64,000 bases of DNA from Amphiscolops sp. MND2022. Lineage: Eukaryota. The stretch lies in the NCBI GenBank assembly GCA_964187785.1, contig OZ076409.1, positions 80,354,001 through 80,418,000 on the forward strand, given 5' to 3'. Below are positions 24,010-37,500 of this stretch, one piece after another (the first letter of the stretch is position 1; the number at the start of each line of letters is the position of its first letter). The translations under genes were made by a program, and so were the position numbers. A model generated the notes under the pieces. That model saw only the letters and a program-made list of their open reading frames with translations, was not told where the DNA came from and made no database searches.

Positions 24010-24881
24010 CTGAAACAACAGTACATCATGTATTCATTGTCACAAAACTAAAACAAAACTTTTAGAAGATGCAATGCAGTATGTTGTATCAAATTTTCAA
24101 AAAATCAAAGCTCCAAATCTTGTTCATAGCGTCAAGTAAACATTACTCTTACAACTGTTTTAAAAATACGACGTTGAATATTGAAAGTTTCATTCCAGTA
24201 TTATAGTTCAAATGATCAGCAGTACAAGGAGATATTTAGATATTTGAATATTACTTCGAATTCACCCCATTTGAGCAATCTTCAAAATCTTCTACTGAAA
24301 TTCAGTAAAACAATAATAAACTTTCTGGTGAGAAATATTGACAAGGAAGAACTCAGTAAAACTCGACAAAGAACTTGAAGGTTTGCTCGATTTGCAAACA
24401 TACAAGAAAATTATATAACTAAGATTGTCAGATTTGCCACAACAAAGGAGACAGGCGGATATTTGGTTCTGCTAATATGCTCGGTCACAGATACTAATAC
24501 TACAAAAACGGATAATGTTTTTCGGCATGCCCTTTGTCACATGCGATGCACCTGGAAAACACGTTGAAGGGACTGAGTGCAAATCGACTTCAAGAAAAAG
24601 CAGCTGAAAAGTCTTAACTTTCTTCTCGACGTCAATGGAAGTCGACTTCAGGAAAACATATCTAAGAGGTCAAGCTCAACTTCCTCTGATTAATTCAACT
24701 CTTCCCAACATTCGATACTCTTTGTATCGCTTCCATTTTTTCCATTTTGCAGATAAATATTATTTGACACAAGGATAGTTTTTAGCCAATATATTGAAAA
24801 TTCGATCACTGCTTTTTCAATGGCTTTATTGATTTCCTGAAATTGAATGCCGGTTCGATTGACTCAATGAACTCAACTCAC

Positions 24882-25512
24882 CGAAACAAGATTCATTTTC
24901 GTCGAAATTTGTGGACGAAGTTTCCAGACGAGGTCTGTTCTTCCTGCGAATGGTTCCGTACTGTTGGTGATTCAGCGTGTAGTTATTATCTATGTGCTGG
25001 TCAAGAATATCTGAAATGGACTCTGACTTGGTGGCCTGTCTTCCTGGCACCGAAAAACCGGTTGACGAGGGGATAACAGGGGGAGGGGTGATACTGTTCG
25101 TCCCTGAACCTGACTTTGAAAGTGGGGTTGAAGAGTTCAAAGGTCGGGTCGCGGAGTGACTCATCTTTTCAGATACGAGCGGAGACTCCTTGTGTTGAGG
25201 CTGCTGTTGCGTCATGCCCGCAGTTTGGCTGTTGCGATTATTCCAGGGGGTCCTGACTGGAAATGAGTCGCTTGGGGTTTTACCCCCGACATCGGAGTTT
25301 GAGGCGGTTGAGGAACATTCGAAGGCGCCGCTGTCTCGGTAATACTTGCAGACACTCTCAGTGCCAGTGTCTATGCTGGACGCTTCTCCGAAACTGTGTC
25401 TTCGACTGAGTCCAGAGTCGCTGTGGGCCCTGTCTGAGGAGCCCTGGATGCGAGAGTCCACCCTTTGGTACCTGGAGTCGCACCAGTCTTTTAGGGATCT
25501 GTCCACCCTCAT
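24882..25512 (-). CDS. Host gene coding exon 6
   Basis: TTTTAG acceptor (phase 0), GTGAGT donor (phase 1); ORF 24826..25512. Confidence 0.82.
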
Positions 25513-27300
25513 CTAAAACAAAATTTTTCTACCTTTCTCCAACTGTGAAAAAAACTAAAGCTTAACAGAAGTTTCATGGTCTCTAAATGGAAATAAATGT
25601 TCGCTGTCTTGATGAGCCCATAAGAAAATCTGCAAAACGGCAAGAATTTTCATCATCAGTGCGTCTAATTCCGTCTTCTTGAAAACCGAATGTACACCGA
25701 CAACATTTTCAGCCAGGGCTTGTTCGTTTGCTCCGGTTTTGTAATGAATGATTCATAATCAATAAAGATCAATTTATGTTTTCATTTTGTCCATTTCTCC
25801 AGCTCGGTTTTACCGAGTTCGTCTTCGCGTGGAATCACGGATTATTGAAATCCCTCGATCAATTGTATTTACTGCACTGCATCTACTGCGCACAAAAATC
25901 CACACTAGAAAACTAGACAGGGAACACATTTTTTGCAAAGCTGGAGGCTCCTGTCAAGAAATGCTTCCTGAATGTTTACCCTTCCATTAACCTAAATGCG
26001 ACCAATAAATGAAAAATCATCATCAATAATTGAAAAACTCATGTAGTGTTCTAAAGATACTGTCCTTAACGAACGTCAATCTTGATAGAATAATGAAAAT
26101 TTCATCAGCTTTATTTTAAAAGCACCTTCAAAACTTCTTAAAATCGGAAATAATTCTCAGCTGTCAAAATAGTAACAACCTAAAACATGAATTTTTCAAA
26201 TATGACAAATTTTATGAAATGAAAACCACTTTATCGCAACTCCGTTCGTGGAATTAATAATTTAACATGTCTTTTCAACTACTCTGAATATGAAAAAAGG
26301 CAACTGAGTTTTCGCATGAAAAAAAAAACGTGAAAAAGTGTTTCAAACAGGACAAAATTTATAACTACTTTATAAAAATAATCACGAGATGAAATCCTGA
26401 AGATGTCTTTTTTTCTGAGAAAAGGTGTACACTTCCAAATCAGAGCACTAACACCTGACGAAGCTAATTGAAAACAAATAGTGCTCAAAGTTCGTCTGTC
26501 TTGAATTGACTATTTAGAATTGAATATTTTAGACAGCAGGATGAATTCACTGAAATTCGGGCGGCACATGAGACTTCTATTTTTTTTACAAAACGACATG
26601 CGCTAACTAAAAAATTCACATCCAGAATTTGTTCAACTACGAATAACTACTTTATTTTATCTTAGAACCTGAATATACATGTAAATAAAGGTAGGAATGA
26701 TTGTTGAAATTATTAATTTGAACTTAGAACTTGTATATTAGTAGAAAAATATGTAAGTCTGCAATCTGAGAGTGTCTAAAAATTCTGGCAATTTTTAAAA
26801 GATTTTCTCGAGTTCGAAGTGTGCTTATTCATTCACAAAAGACACATTACATGGAATTGAATTTAGATAACCAGAGTTCGTTTTAAAATTCGCCACCCAG
26901 GGCAATCAATTATGCAGAAAAAATTATGATTTTGGAAGACTACTATCTAAGCAAACACGACGAATTAAATACATTGCGAAATTTCACCAAGTTCCGCTTA
27001 ATTTTTACATGAACTTAACCCGTGTCTCGGACTTACTGGTTATTTTATGCCCAGTTTTACTCAAGTTGGCTCCATTTATTTCGGAAAAAAACGGTGCAGT
27101 TTAGACACACAAATCCTGATACGCCAAGGCTGAAAATCTAATACCAATTTGCTTTGCTGCATTCAATGCACAATAAAAACATAATTCCATGGACCGTGTT
27201 TTTTCACTTTTTAAATGTTGATCAAACAGAATTCTAAAATTAGATATTCTGTCACATTTCGTATGAAGGCACAATTCTTTCTAGTTTTGGTTCCACTCAC

Positions 27301-27594
27301 CTCAGTTTTTCGGATCTCTTCCGCGAACGCCATCCTTTCCTGCAGCATGCGTTTGTCCATCCTCTGCACAGCTTCGACCTTCTCGTTACCGATTCTGTCT
27401 TTGACTAGTTTGTCGAGACTGTTGAGATGCTGTCTCACCCTGCGGTCTATCTCCTCCATCTGTCTGTCCGAGGACCCCACAGAGTACTCCAGTCTCTGCA
27501 GGATGGCCAGCTTCAGGTGTTCTATCTTACGGGCTACCAGGTCCAGAGTCTGTTCACACTGGCAACTGCACATCTGGCCCCCACTGGACCGTTC
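27301..27594 (-). CDS. Host gene coding exon 5 (coiled-coil segment)
   Basis: TTCCAG acceptor, GTGAGT donor, phase 0/0. CSCQCEQTLDLVARKIEHLKLAILQRLEY...EEIRKTE. Confidence 0.82.
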
Positions 27595-28759
27595 CTGGAA
27601 AATATTTCACATTTGTAATTTCACATATATAACATTGTGTGACGTCCGTATTTATCTGGATATATAAGGCTTCAACGCTATTAGATCATACAATATAGTT
27701 GTATCATCATTGTATCATCAGACCACCTCCATTCAATTTCATGCACGGAACCATACAATTCATGCCTTCCATACGATTCCATACATGGACGAACATGGTG
27801 CAATGTAACTCCACAGCATCCAAGTATCGCATGTGGGTCCATGCATGGAAACTGAAATTGAATTCCATTACGCGTTGCTTCTGGGTAATACTTAGTTAAC
27901 AAGCCTGCTTCGATGGGCCTAAACAGTCACCGAATGGTTTGGGCTTATTGTTCAAGCTATTTTGATTTGAAATTAAAACGATTGTCACAATATTTTGCCG
28001 GGAAAACAAGATGTGCACAGATCCCTCGTGCTTTTCCGAGAAATGTACCTAGAAATTTCCCATGGTATCGCTTTCAGCCTCATTGAAATTACATGGGTCA
28101 CGCACTGATAATAATCACCGAATAAATAATGGAAATGTTCCGCCGTCTAGATCACAGCAGCTAATTCAGAGTAAAGCACTCTCGTGGCTACGCTAAGCAC
28201 ACCAGGCAGAATGACATCAAAGGCAAATCTCATTTATCTGGACCGGTCTGCTTGCAAGCGATCAGCCAGTCTTTCACACCCTAATCGTCCCAGATCAAAG
28301 CCAAAAATCCGGATTCCTTTATTATCGACCCAATTTCTCAAACAAAGCAAAGCCTCTTGTTCTGGGTTGGTTCGATAAGCAGCAGTCCATGTGACACAAT
28401 TTTCGTTCCATTCAAAAATCGGTCTTGCAATTTTTGTTCCAATTCAAGGAACGCAGGTGAGGGTTGGAAACAATGAGCATGAAAATAGGGAACACAAAAT
28501 GCGTGTGGAAGCAAATAATGATGGCCTTATAAATATAAAAACCGGCCTACAAAATAATTGATACCAGACAGAAGCATTTTCAGGAAAAATACGAGGTACA
28601 AAATCACCACGTCTAGTACTTCACATCATGAATTGCGGCCCATTGTTTTTGTCAATCTTAATCCGCTGCTGTTTCATTTTTTCTTTACGCGCCGCCTTTT
28701 ATACATTGTTTTTCCTAAATCTGAGTAAATTCAGTGTTTTGCTGTAATGTTAATTTAAC

Positions 28760-29100
28760 CTTTTCGTAGTTGCTGTCATTCATGTCTGTATGTTCCGATG
28801 CTTCATGTTTACTGGTGCGGGTAGTCAACCTGCCGACAACACCTGGTTTTGAGGAGCTCCTTTGATGTTGGCTGTTACCATGCGAGATTTTCCCGCCACC
28901 GCCAACTCCACCACGTGGTGCTTCTCCCAAGCCTCCGCCCCCTCCTATTCCATCGTCCTCCGATGCAAACGCATTGGCATTCCCAGGTTTCGTCAAGTAA
29001 TCGCCGTCATACACTTTATACGTTCGTCTCTCCTTTGATCTGTGCACTTTCCGCCCATTGTGGTCAACCGTGCTGAGAGAAGACGCAGACAAACTTCTCC
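28760..29100 (-). CDS. Host gene coding exon 4
   Basis: TTTCAG acceptor (phase 1), GTTAAA donor (phase 0); ORF 28715..29092. Confidence 0.78.
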
Positions 29101-30235
29101 CTGAAAATTAGGAAGTTTTCACATCTTGTTCACAAGCTAATAAAAAGTGGCGCCCTTGATAAAAAAAAATTACGGCACCTTTGAGCTAACGCTTGCAAAA
29201 ATACGTTTCACTCCTGGGGCTTACATCAAAATAATATTGTAAAGTAAATTTTCTTGGTCTGTATCAAAATTAGGAAAAACTTTCACAGCGTTGGAAAGTT
29301 TGGAGAAAAAGGTACTTAACTTGGGCTGTGTTTGACATAAATTTGGCTTCCAAGTTTATATGAACAAAATGAAAGTTGGTGCCAGCAACAGAAATAAAAG
29401 TGGGTTGAAGTGTTTCCACCATCATTGGGTTTACGATCCATAAATCAATACCCAGAACGAATTTGCAAGAAATACTCAATTATTTTTATAGGCCCATCTT
29501 GAACCATGCCATCCCATTTGAAAGCTTCATGGTTCATAGTTTGCGACATTCGTAATTTCAATTATCCTATAATTTTTTATTAGCCAGGAATCACTCATCC
29601 ATTTTTTCCAAGAATTTTAATATTTTTCCTCCACCGCAATACATGATTGTCTACATTCTCAGTTCCATTCTCAATTATACAGGAATGTAAGTTTAGAGCC
29701 TCGCTGTAGAGAGAAATATATGCGATGGCTATTTTGACGATTAGCCACAGCATATTAGAAAAATCGAAAATCTATGTTTTTCAATGCAGCAAAAGTGTTG
29801 CAGACAAAATTTGTCTACGTCAAACGTGATAGGTCAGTTGTCAATGCCAAAGCTCTGCAAATTGTGAACAATCGATCGTCAACTCCATAGACGTCTCTTC
29901 ACTTCACTCTACTGACAACCAGAAGATGGGAACGGAATATCAAGTTAAAATTTTCCACGGTGTTTATAAATTGATTGTTTAACAGGGACGTCTATTTTTA
30001 CGTTTTATCAAACCCTCACCCGCTATCTCACCAAAAGGCTACGCCAGGTCTAAGAGGGCGCAATTGTTGGGAGTTAGCTTAGATTAAGGATTAGACTGTC
30101 AAAAAATTTGACGTGCACACGGCAGTTCAGAAGCTTTTAGCATTAGCAGTGATGGGAAATTAAAGCAAGGATATGAAAAAGGAGAAAAGAAAACATGTCT
30201 ATTTTCCTCTCTTTTTTTCTAGTTTGCCTACTTAC

Positions 30236-30344
30236 CTAGTCTGCGCGACCTCCGTTGGTGCGACGATCTGTCTTTCCAGTATTTGCGCACCTTTTGTTGC
30301 TTTGCCTTGATTTGGTGTCTGTATTTCCTGTCATACAAGTTTTC
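30236..30344 (-). CDS. Host gene coding exon 3 (109 bp, basic)
   Basis: TTTCAG acceptor, GTAAGT donor. ENLYDRKYRHQIKAKQQKVRKYWKDRSSHQRRSRRL; phase 0/1 fits both neighbours. Not in the ORF track. Confidence 0.78.
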
Positions 30345-32726
30345 CTGAAACGCAAAAGAATTCACTGTAAATTTTGAAAAAAAAATGTATCAAAGTTCCA
30401 AGAGAAATATGACTCATTTCCGGAAATTATTGGTATTGACAACCCAGGATACGTTAAGACAGCAGTCAACATTTTAGTGGCATAAAACGCTGATAAAAAT
30501 ATGGGTCATTAGATAATACACTAGACTTCTGCATGAAAATTACCTAGCTTTAAATTGAAACCAGAAAACTTATGCTGTATTGTTTTACAAAGAAATACTG
30601 CAAATCAAATCAGTCGAAGTGAGACCGTCAGCTCTGAATTTTTGAAATAACTTCAATGACAAATCATGAAACCACAAGGTTTCAAGAATTATGGACTTCA
30701 AATAGTCCACCAAATTCCGTTACGCCTAAATCTTTAAAACTGATTAATCTAAAATTGATTGTTTTCAAATATTATTACAATTTCGAATTCCTGAAAAATT
30801 GAGTTAAGCAAAAGTTTGACTCATCGAAACAAGTTCAAACAAACTTCTTAACTCAATTACTGTTATGGTAGCGGTTTGTCTGCAAGCATGGTCTTAAGTC
30901 TCAAACATGTTTCTAGACTTATTTCAGCAAATCCAACTTTAAACAACTCCATGGGTTTATCAACCCGCCCATGAAATACTTACAATCAAAGTCATTATTA
31001 CGGATTATTTGTCGTAGCCTTTTCCATAGAAAAGCGATTACCATTTTCCACTAAACGAAACTCAGTTCGACTTTGATTCACTACAGACATTGAATACTTC
31101 CACTAAATTTTGGCGCAAATACAAAACTATCTTGTTCCCTAAATTCTATTCCAAGCTGGCAACTAGAGTTATTAAATTCAGCGAAATGGATTTGTGGGAT
31201 TTTTCCCAAAGGGTCACAAAGACTCCCTTCTTGTGCTTTTGTTCCCCATTCAGGTCAACAAACCTTGATTACCCTTCCAAACATATTGGATAAGTTCTGA
31301 GTCGATAATCCGTGAAATCAAGGCAATGAAGTCACCCCGTTACCGGGGCAAACCCCAATAAGGGAGAGATTAGCCACCTGGAGATATTGGGTCAAACATC
31401 TCGTGAACAAATCAACACGAGTTACTTGATCATATAGTCTCATTAATCAGCCCAATAAATTCGACTGCCAATATCAAGGCACTGCTGAGAGTCGATATTG
31501 GTTGTCCAAGAGTACCAAGTGGCTTCAAATGTGCACACCATAAATTACCTAGAAACCATGGTGCTTTTAATCCAGGGCTGTTTTCCAACGTGCCCAGAGC
31601 AGTTTTATAGCCAGTGTAACTTTACTCTTGGGTGTTCAGGGATCGAAATAAAGTTTATTGGACTTTCGTTTTTACACGGGTAGGCATAAATTAGAAACAT
31701 TGCATGGAAAAACTTGAAAACAATTTTCCATTGAGGGGATGATTTGTTTTTTGAAACGTGTATTTGGAGCAAAAGTTGATGTTTTTCATTTAAAAATTGC
31801 CCACATATAGAAAACAGAGCCTACAAGCTCAGAATATCCAACTCCGAAGCAAACGAACTATGAGCAATACAGTTTCAAACAGCAAAACATCATTCCTGAA
31901 AAAATGTTCCACGCCCCGTTGTCCATTTTGAACTCATGTGGTGGCTACTTGAGGGTCCTTTATTATCTCGTTTTAGATAGCCGATTCTTAATTCGATTTT
32001 TAAATGATTTTTGAGTACTTCAGTATCGTGTAATCTCGATTTGATAATTAAGATTCACTTGAAGTGCTGTGTTCAATTTTTGAATTACATCAACAGATCT
32101 TTTTAATTAAAACTTCAATAATTCAAGATTATTGTTGTTCAATTATTTCTAGACAGCTTATCAAATTCAACATTGCAAGGTCGATATTAGAACAGTTTTG
32201 GTTTTAAAATCTTTACAAACATTTTTATATAAACAAAACGTTTTTAAAAAATTCAGAACTGTTTTAAAACAACGTTTGAGAATATATTTTTTTAAAATAT
32301 GAAATTAATTATCAGAATTCGGAGCCCAATCCAGCACTCGCATACGGAACTCGGTTTTGAAACTTTTCCGATTAATTTATTCCGAGATCCCAAATTTTCA
32401 AGTATTTTGCCTAGTTCCCAACTCTTTGTTGAAAGTGTTCCGTTGCAGTGTCTGGATGCCTTTTATTCATTTTAAACCGAAAAAGATAATGTTTTAAAAC
32501 AACCCTGAAAATGATTTCGAACTTTTTAAAAGCACCGTTTTAAAACACACTCTGATTGCGAATGATAATTTCTACTCTCTAAGAAATTTTAGGTTTTCAG
32601 ATACGGTAAACGCATCCAAGAACAGGGTTTGTTAAATAGGTCAACGAACAATGATACTTTTAACTTCACAACACACAGCAGTCTTTTCCGGTCAAAACTT
32701 GCCAACGTAAAAATACAAAAACCAAC

Positions 32727-33077
32727 CTCAAAGAAAGAGGATTCCAGAGAAGCGTCGGCGGCGTTATTGCCAGGGGGCAACGTCATCTGTTCATGGGTGC
32801 CCCTTCCGGAGTCGTTAGTGTTCTGACTGCTGCACTCACTCATGGGCATGTAGTTTGAGAAACAGGCAGAGGAGCCCCCACTGCTGCCACTGGTGAGCTT
32901 CTTGGCTGCAATCGGAGTGGCCTGGGGAGTCACTTCTGTGGATATGACCCCGTAGTTCTGCACTGCTGAGGGGTTATTAGGGGACACGACGCCCTGTGAG
33001 GGGTGGTAAGCGGGTTGGCCTCCCCCGCTATTTCTGGGAGTCACAGAGGAGGCTAGAGGTATGACAGGGGGTTCAAA
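32727..33077 (-). CDS. Host gene coding exon 2
   Basis: TTTTAG acceptor, GTTGGT donor, phase 0/0; ORF 32589..33044. Confidence 0.78.
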
Positions 33078-34348
33078 CTAAAAACAAAGGGGGTTAAATT
33101 GATAAATATGCAGAAAAGTATGGTTTCTGATATAAAAAGAATGACATCTTAGACCTGAATGGTTTAAAAATTGAAGGAAACAATATTGAATAAACATCGA
33201 AGACTAACAGAAATTGAGTAATTCCTACAGTAATAACTCATAATTAACGGGAAACACTCTAGTATTCAAGATTCCGATGTAAGTAGCCATAGAGGAAGTA
33301 AGTGAAAGGTCATCAAACCTTTCATTTTAACAACAATCAAGTCTTGCAGGAGCTCAAAACTAGTTTCCTTCTTCAAGATTGTGAAAGATTAACGTCATCC
33401 GGTGCTAAACAGGTTGAAGATGATTTGAAACGAGCGAGATGGAACGCAGCAATCAAAGAACATTTGTATCAATACATAGCAGTAATATTATTGATGGAGT
33501 CAGAAAAATGGTTTGAACTCAACAAATATTTCCAAAACTGTAGGTCTCATACTACGGAAGAAAATTCATCAACAAATAATACAGAAAATAGTAACTCATA
33601 CGAATCTCTCAAGCTAGAAATTTTCAAAGGACTTGGGCGTAAATTAATTTCGAGTCAAGACTTTTTGATAAAATTCATTTTCGAATTATAAATATAGCTT
33701 TCAAAAATGGTTCACTGACTTATTCACGCTCATTTATTATCAGCTTAATTTTTTTCTTATTCTAATGGAACAAAATATTCAGTTGAAAACGTTAGTTTCT
33801 GGTTTGGCCTCGAAGCTATGCAACATATGGTTTGGACGACATGCTAAATTCCAATAGTTTAAACTGGATTTTAATCTTTCACTCGATCAATGACAATTTG
33901 GTGTTTTCCCCAAATTTTGCCGTAGTCTTAATCGAACATTCTCGAATTTTGATCTTCAAAGATGAAAACTGACAGCATTTCATGAAAATCAATAAAAACG
34001 TCTTATTGCTTCTTTCTATCAAGTCTGGTGTTTGTAATTTTCCGTCCAAAAAATGAAAAATTTTGGAATTTTCGGGTATTAGGGGCATTTTCCACAACTC
34101 TTCCTTTAAAGGAAAAGTTGCGGAAAATGCCCCAAAAATTGTGCAATTTTTACAAGAAAGAATAAACTACAAGCCTACATCAATGGTATAAAATTGAAAT
34201 ATGGGCGAAAAATAATCCCTAGTTTTAGATAATGCATGGTTACTCATTCGTAACGCACTTATCAATATCTGTAATAGTAAGTTAGTAATAACTGTTGGGT
34301 GACCAATGAAATGGTAACATGTTAAGAATGTTGAAAGGCGGCACTTAC

Positions 34349-34573
34349 TTGATGTCGAGCAGGGTCCGGTAGTTCTGAGGGCGGCGGCGGGTAACACAGA
34401 TCTGAAGGGTTTAGGTAAATTTGATGATCGTTATTAATCACTGCTTGAGTAGCTCCAGATATATTTGCAGGCATGGGGGGCTGTGGGGCGTTGGAGTGAG
34501 CTACCACGCCTATATTTGGATGTGACGTCACTAAGTTTGGGTGAGGTATTGCCTGTTGTTGTCCCTGTTGCAT
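34349..34573 (-). CDS. Host gene coding exon 1 (candidate ATG MQQGQQQ at 34573; exon may extend to acceptor 34610)
   Basis: GTAAGT donor, phase 0. The seven exons sum to 2637 nt = 878 aa plus stop. Confidence 0.65.
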
Positions 34574-37500
34574 AGACAGGTGAACAATCACTGGGTTCTT
34601 GTTGTTTGAGCTGTAGTTGTCAACAGAGATGACCAATTGATCAATTGATTGAAAAACAACTGATGAAATAATATTTTTGAAACTATTCTAAAATGCATTG
34701 TCAAGTAGTCAAGCGTTTTTTTGCTGTATGAAAACAGGCTTTTTAAACCTTTAATACTTTTCTCTATGAAAGTTATAAAAATCTTTTCAAGCGAATTCCA
34801 GAAATTTTCATCATATTTCGATTATTCATTTTTGAATAGCCATAATCTGAATATATCAATAACTGAATACAGTAATTCTAAATATAAATATATTTATATT
34901 GAAGTTCCGATGCATTGAATACTTCAACATTTATTGGTCATGCCTGTTGGAGGAACTGTTTTTGTTATTGGTGATGGAGGCAGTGCGGGACTTGATGAAG
35001 TGTTTCATGTTGAAGGCGGCAGCTGCACCTCCCGAGGAGGCAGAGTAACTTCCGGTCGATGTGAACGAGCAGGCCGATACCCCGGAGGAGGAGCTCTAAA
35101 CACACCAATCAGCTTCAAATAAGTCAAACAGTTGCCCATGATTATTGTCTTTCCGGGTTGAAATGCTCAAATTCATTGAACTGATTGGGGAAAAAGTTGG
35201 GGTCAAAAAATTTTCAACATTGGATAAAAATGGCAATTCTTCTCTCAATGTATAAAGTTTTTGTGCTTTGGATGGTTGTTCGAGCTGTTAAGCAGAAGTT
35301 AAGATGCTTTTCATGCTCTTCTATTCAATGTATACCAGCTTTTGTCTTTTAGATATTCGAAAACGGATGATTCAAAGTACCTGTGGAATGCAGCCATTAT
35401 TAGGAAGAAATTTTCAACAATAATGGCAGCCATCATCATAATGGGAGTTCTCTTTGTTTTTTGGCATTTTTGACAAACTCCGACAGAAACGTGGTAAATA
35501 AAAGTAAATATATTTTGATAAAGCGCTCCTCGCAGCTGAGCACTCAAAGTATTTATTGCAAATTGTAAATTATATATTATGGAGTTGGAAGAAAGGAGAG
35601 CACTCAAGATGAGAGCAAAAAAATTGGCAAAGGAGCATCGCCTACTTGAAAATACATAAAATTTTACTTAGACATTCATTTGGTGGTAAAATGGAGAATG
35701 GCTTTGATATTGCAAAGGTTATCGATCGGAGTACCGCCTCTCTGCGTTTTTTTATCACCGAAGCCAAACAATAAAACTGCAGCCACCGTTTGTATTTTAC
35801 TCCAGAGCCGTGGCGGATAAATGTATAGAGGCGGAGCTGAATTCTTTCCGTTTTTATCCCCCCACGAAGAAGTAGCATTTCCATTCTCTTGAAAACAAAT
35901 GACCGACGTGGGAACACGAAGTTGGAATGGAAATATTCAGGACAGGGGGAATAAAAGTAACCACATTTCCAATTTTCACTTTTTTACATTTTTTCATGTC
36001 ATATACCATGTTTTAGGATGCCTTGGAGAAATTAACTTAAAAGACCCAGACCGGGGCGTAAAGACGTAAAATTTTAGTTCGACTCAAGTTAGCTGTATAG
36101 CAAATTGAAGATTCCGTTTGATGTGCTTTTTGCATAATTTTCAACAACAATTGCTCAACTTTTCGTGGTAAGCCTGACATCATTACAACTTGTTATAAGT
36201 CGCAACAACCTTTGTAAAAAAAGCAGAATGAATGTTTGATGAATTGATGAATACTGGTACTCCGTTTTATAATGATGTCATTTTTTGATGGATGCATAAC
36301 TTTTTGAAGTTTGACGGCATAATGACTTTCATACAGGTTTTTGTAGAAAGGTAGGATTAATTTTTGATGAAATACCGTCTACTTTCGGGGATTAATTACG
36401 CTATTAGTTATTTTTCAGAACTAAGTCTAAGTTTAGCCGCAGCCTTTCAAGTTTCACACAGTGCTAAATAATTGACTGCTATGAATTCGAAATTGGTTTG
36501 CGAAATCAACAAAACAAGGATAGCAGCTGTTTTTTTTTCATTTCACGGCTCACTTTTTCCAAATTATATCCCTTCTGACGTTAAATTGGCGCCGTGAATG
36601 GCATTGAAAAGAAAAATTGTCTAAAAGTAGCTACTTTCATGTTTTGTCCGTAGCATTGTGAAATATAAATCCATAAATCAGCTAAAATGCTGTATTCTAA
36701 ACTGAATTTCATTTAAAAATAGCAAAAAAGTTTCTTTGCAAGCAGTATACACATTTCAATACCAATAGTTTCAGCAAATGCCAGGGCATTCGAATCATAG
36801 AAAAAAATCCAATTGCCCAATGTACTTCATTCCACATGAGAAGTCAATAAGTTTGGGACTTTGCAAACACCGTGGAAAAACTTACATCAACATAACTAGC
36901 AAACTTCATCCCTGAAGTGAACTGACCAAACACCAAATACCAAGCCTGGCTAGACTCACAGCTGGAGCTTATAACGGCCTTACAGCACGGTTCATATAAT
37001 TTATGGAACCACCGTCAATAAAAACCAGGAGTAAAACGTTCGATTGATTGTTGGAACGAAACTAGGTTAAGATCTTCCCGTCACTACTGATGGAAACATA
37101 TAGGCTTTTGGGGGACATTAAACTTAATCCCCTTATAAAAATTGGGTATCACTGCACACAGGAAACAATGTTATCATCAAATTTAGTGTTATATGGTGTC
37201 GAGAAAACAACAAGCAGCTGACCGGTGTTTTATTTCCCGCCTTTTTGTGTACCCTCAGTCATAAATACCACTTAAAGTGCTTGGAGCTCACTAAAACCAA
37301 GCCTCAAAGCAATAAAATTTTGGAGAACAAATTTTTGAAGAAATAAAAGAACGAATTCTATAAAATCCTGAAGATAGTTCAGGAATACTAGAAGATCGAA
37401 CATTAGGGAAAAATTGAAAACCACTGATTGTTTTACTCGAAAGTTGGAAATTTTCTAAAGATCCTCAGGCCTTGCATTTTTCCTGGAAATAGGGCGAGAA

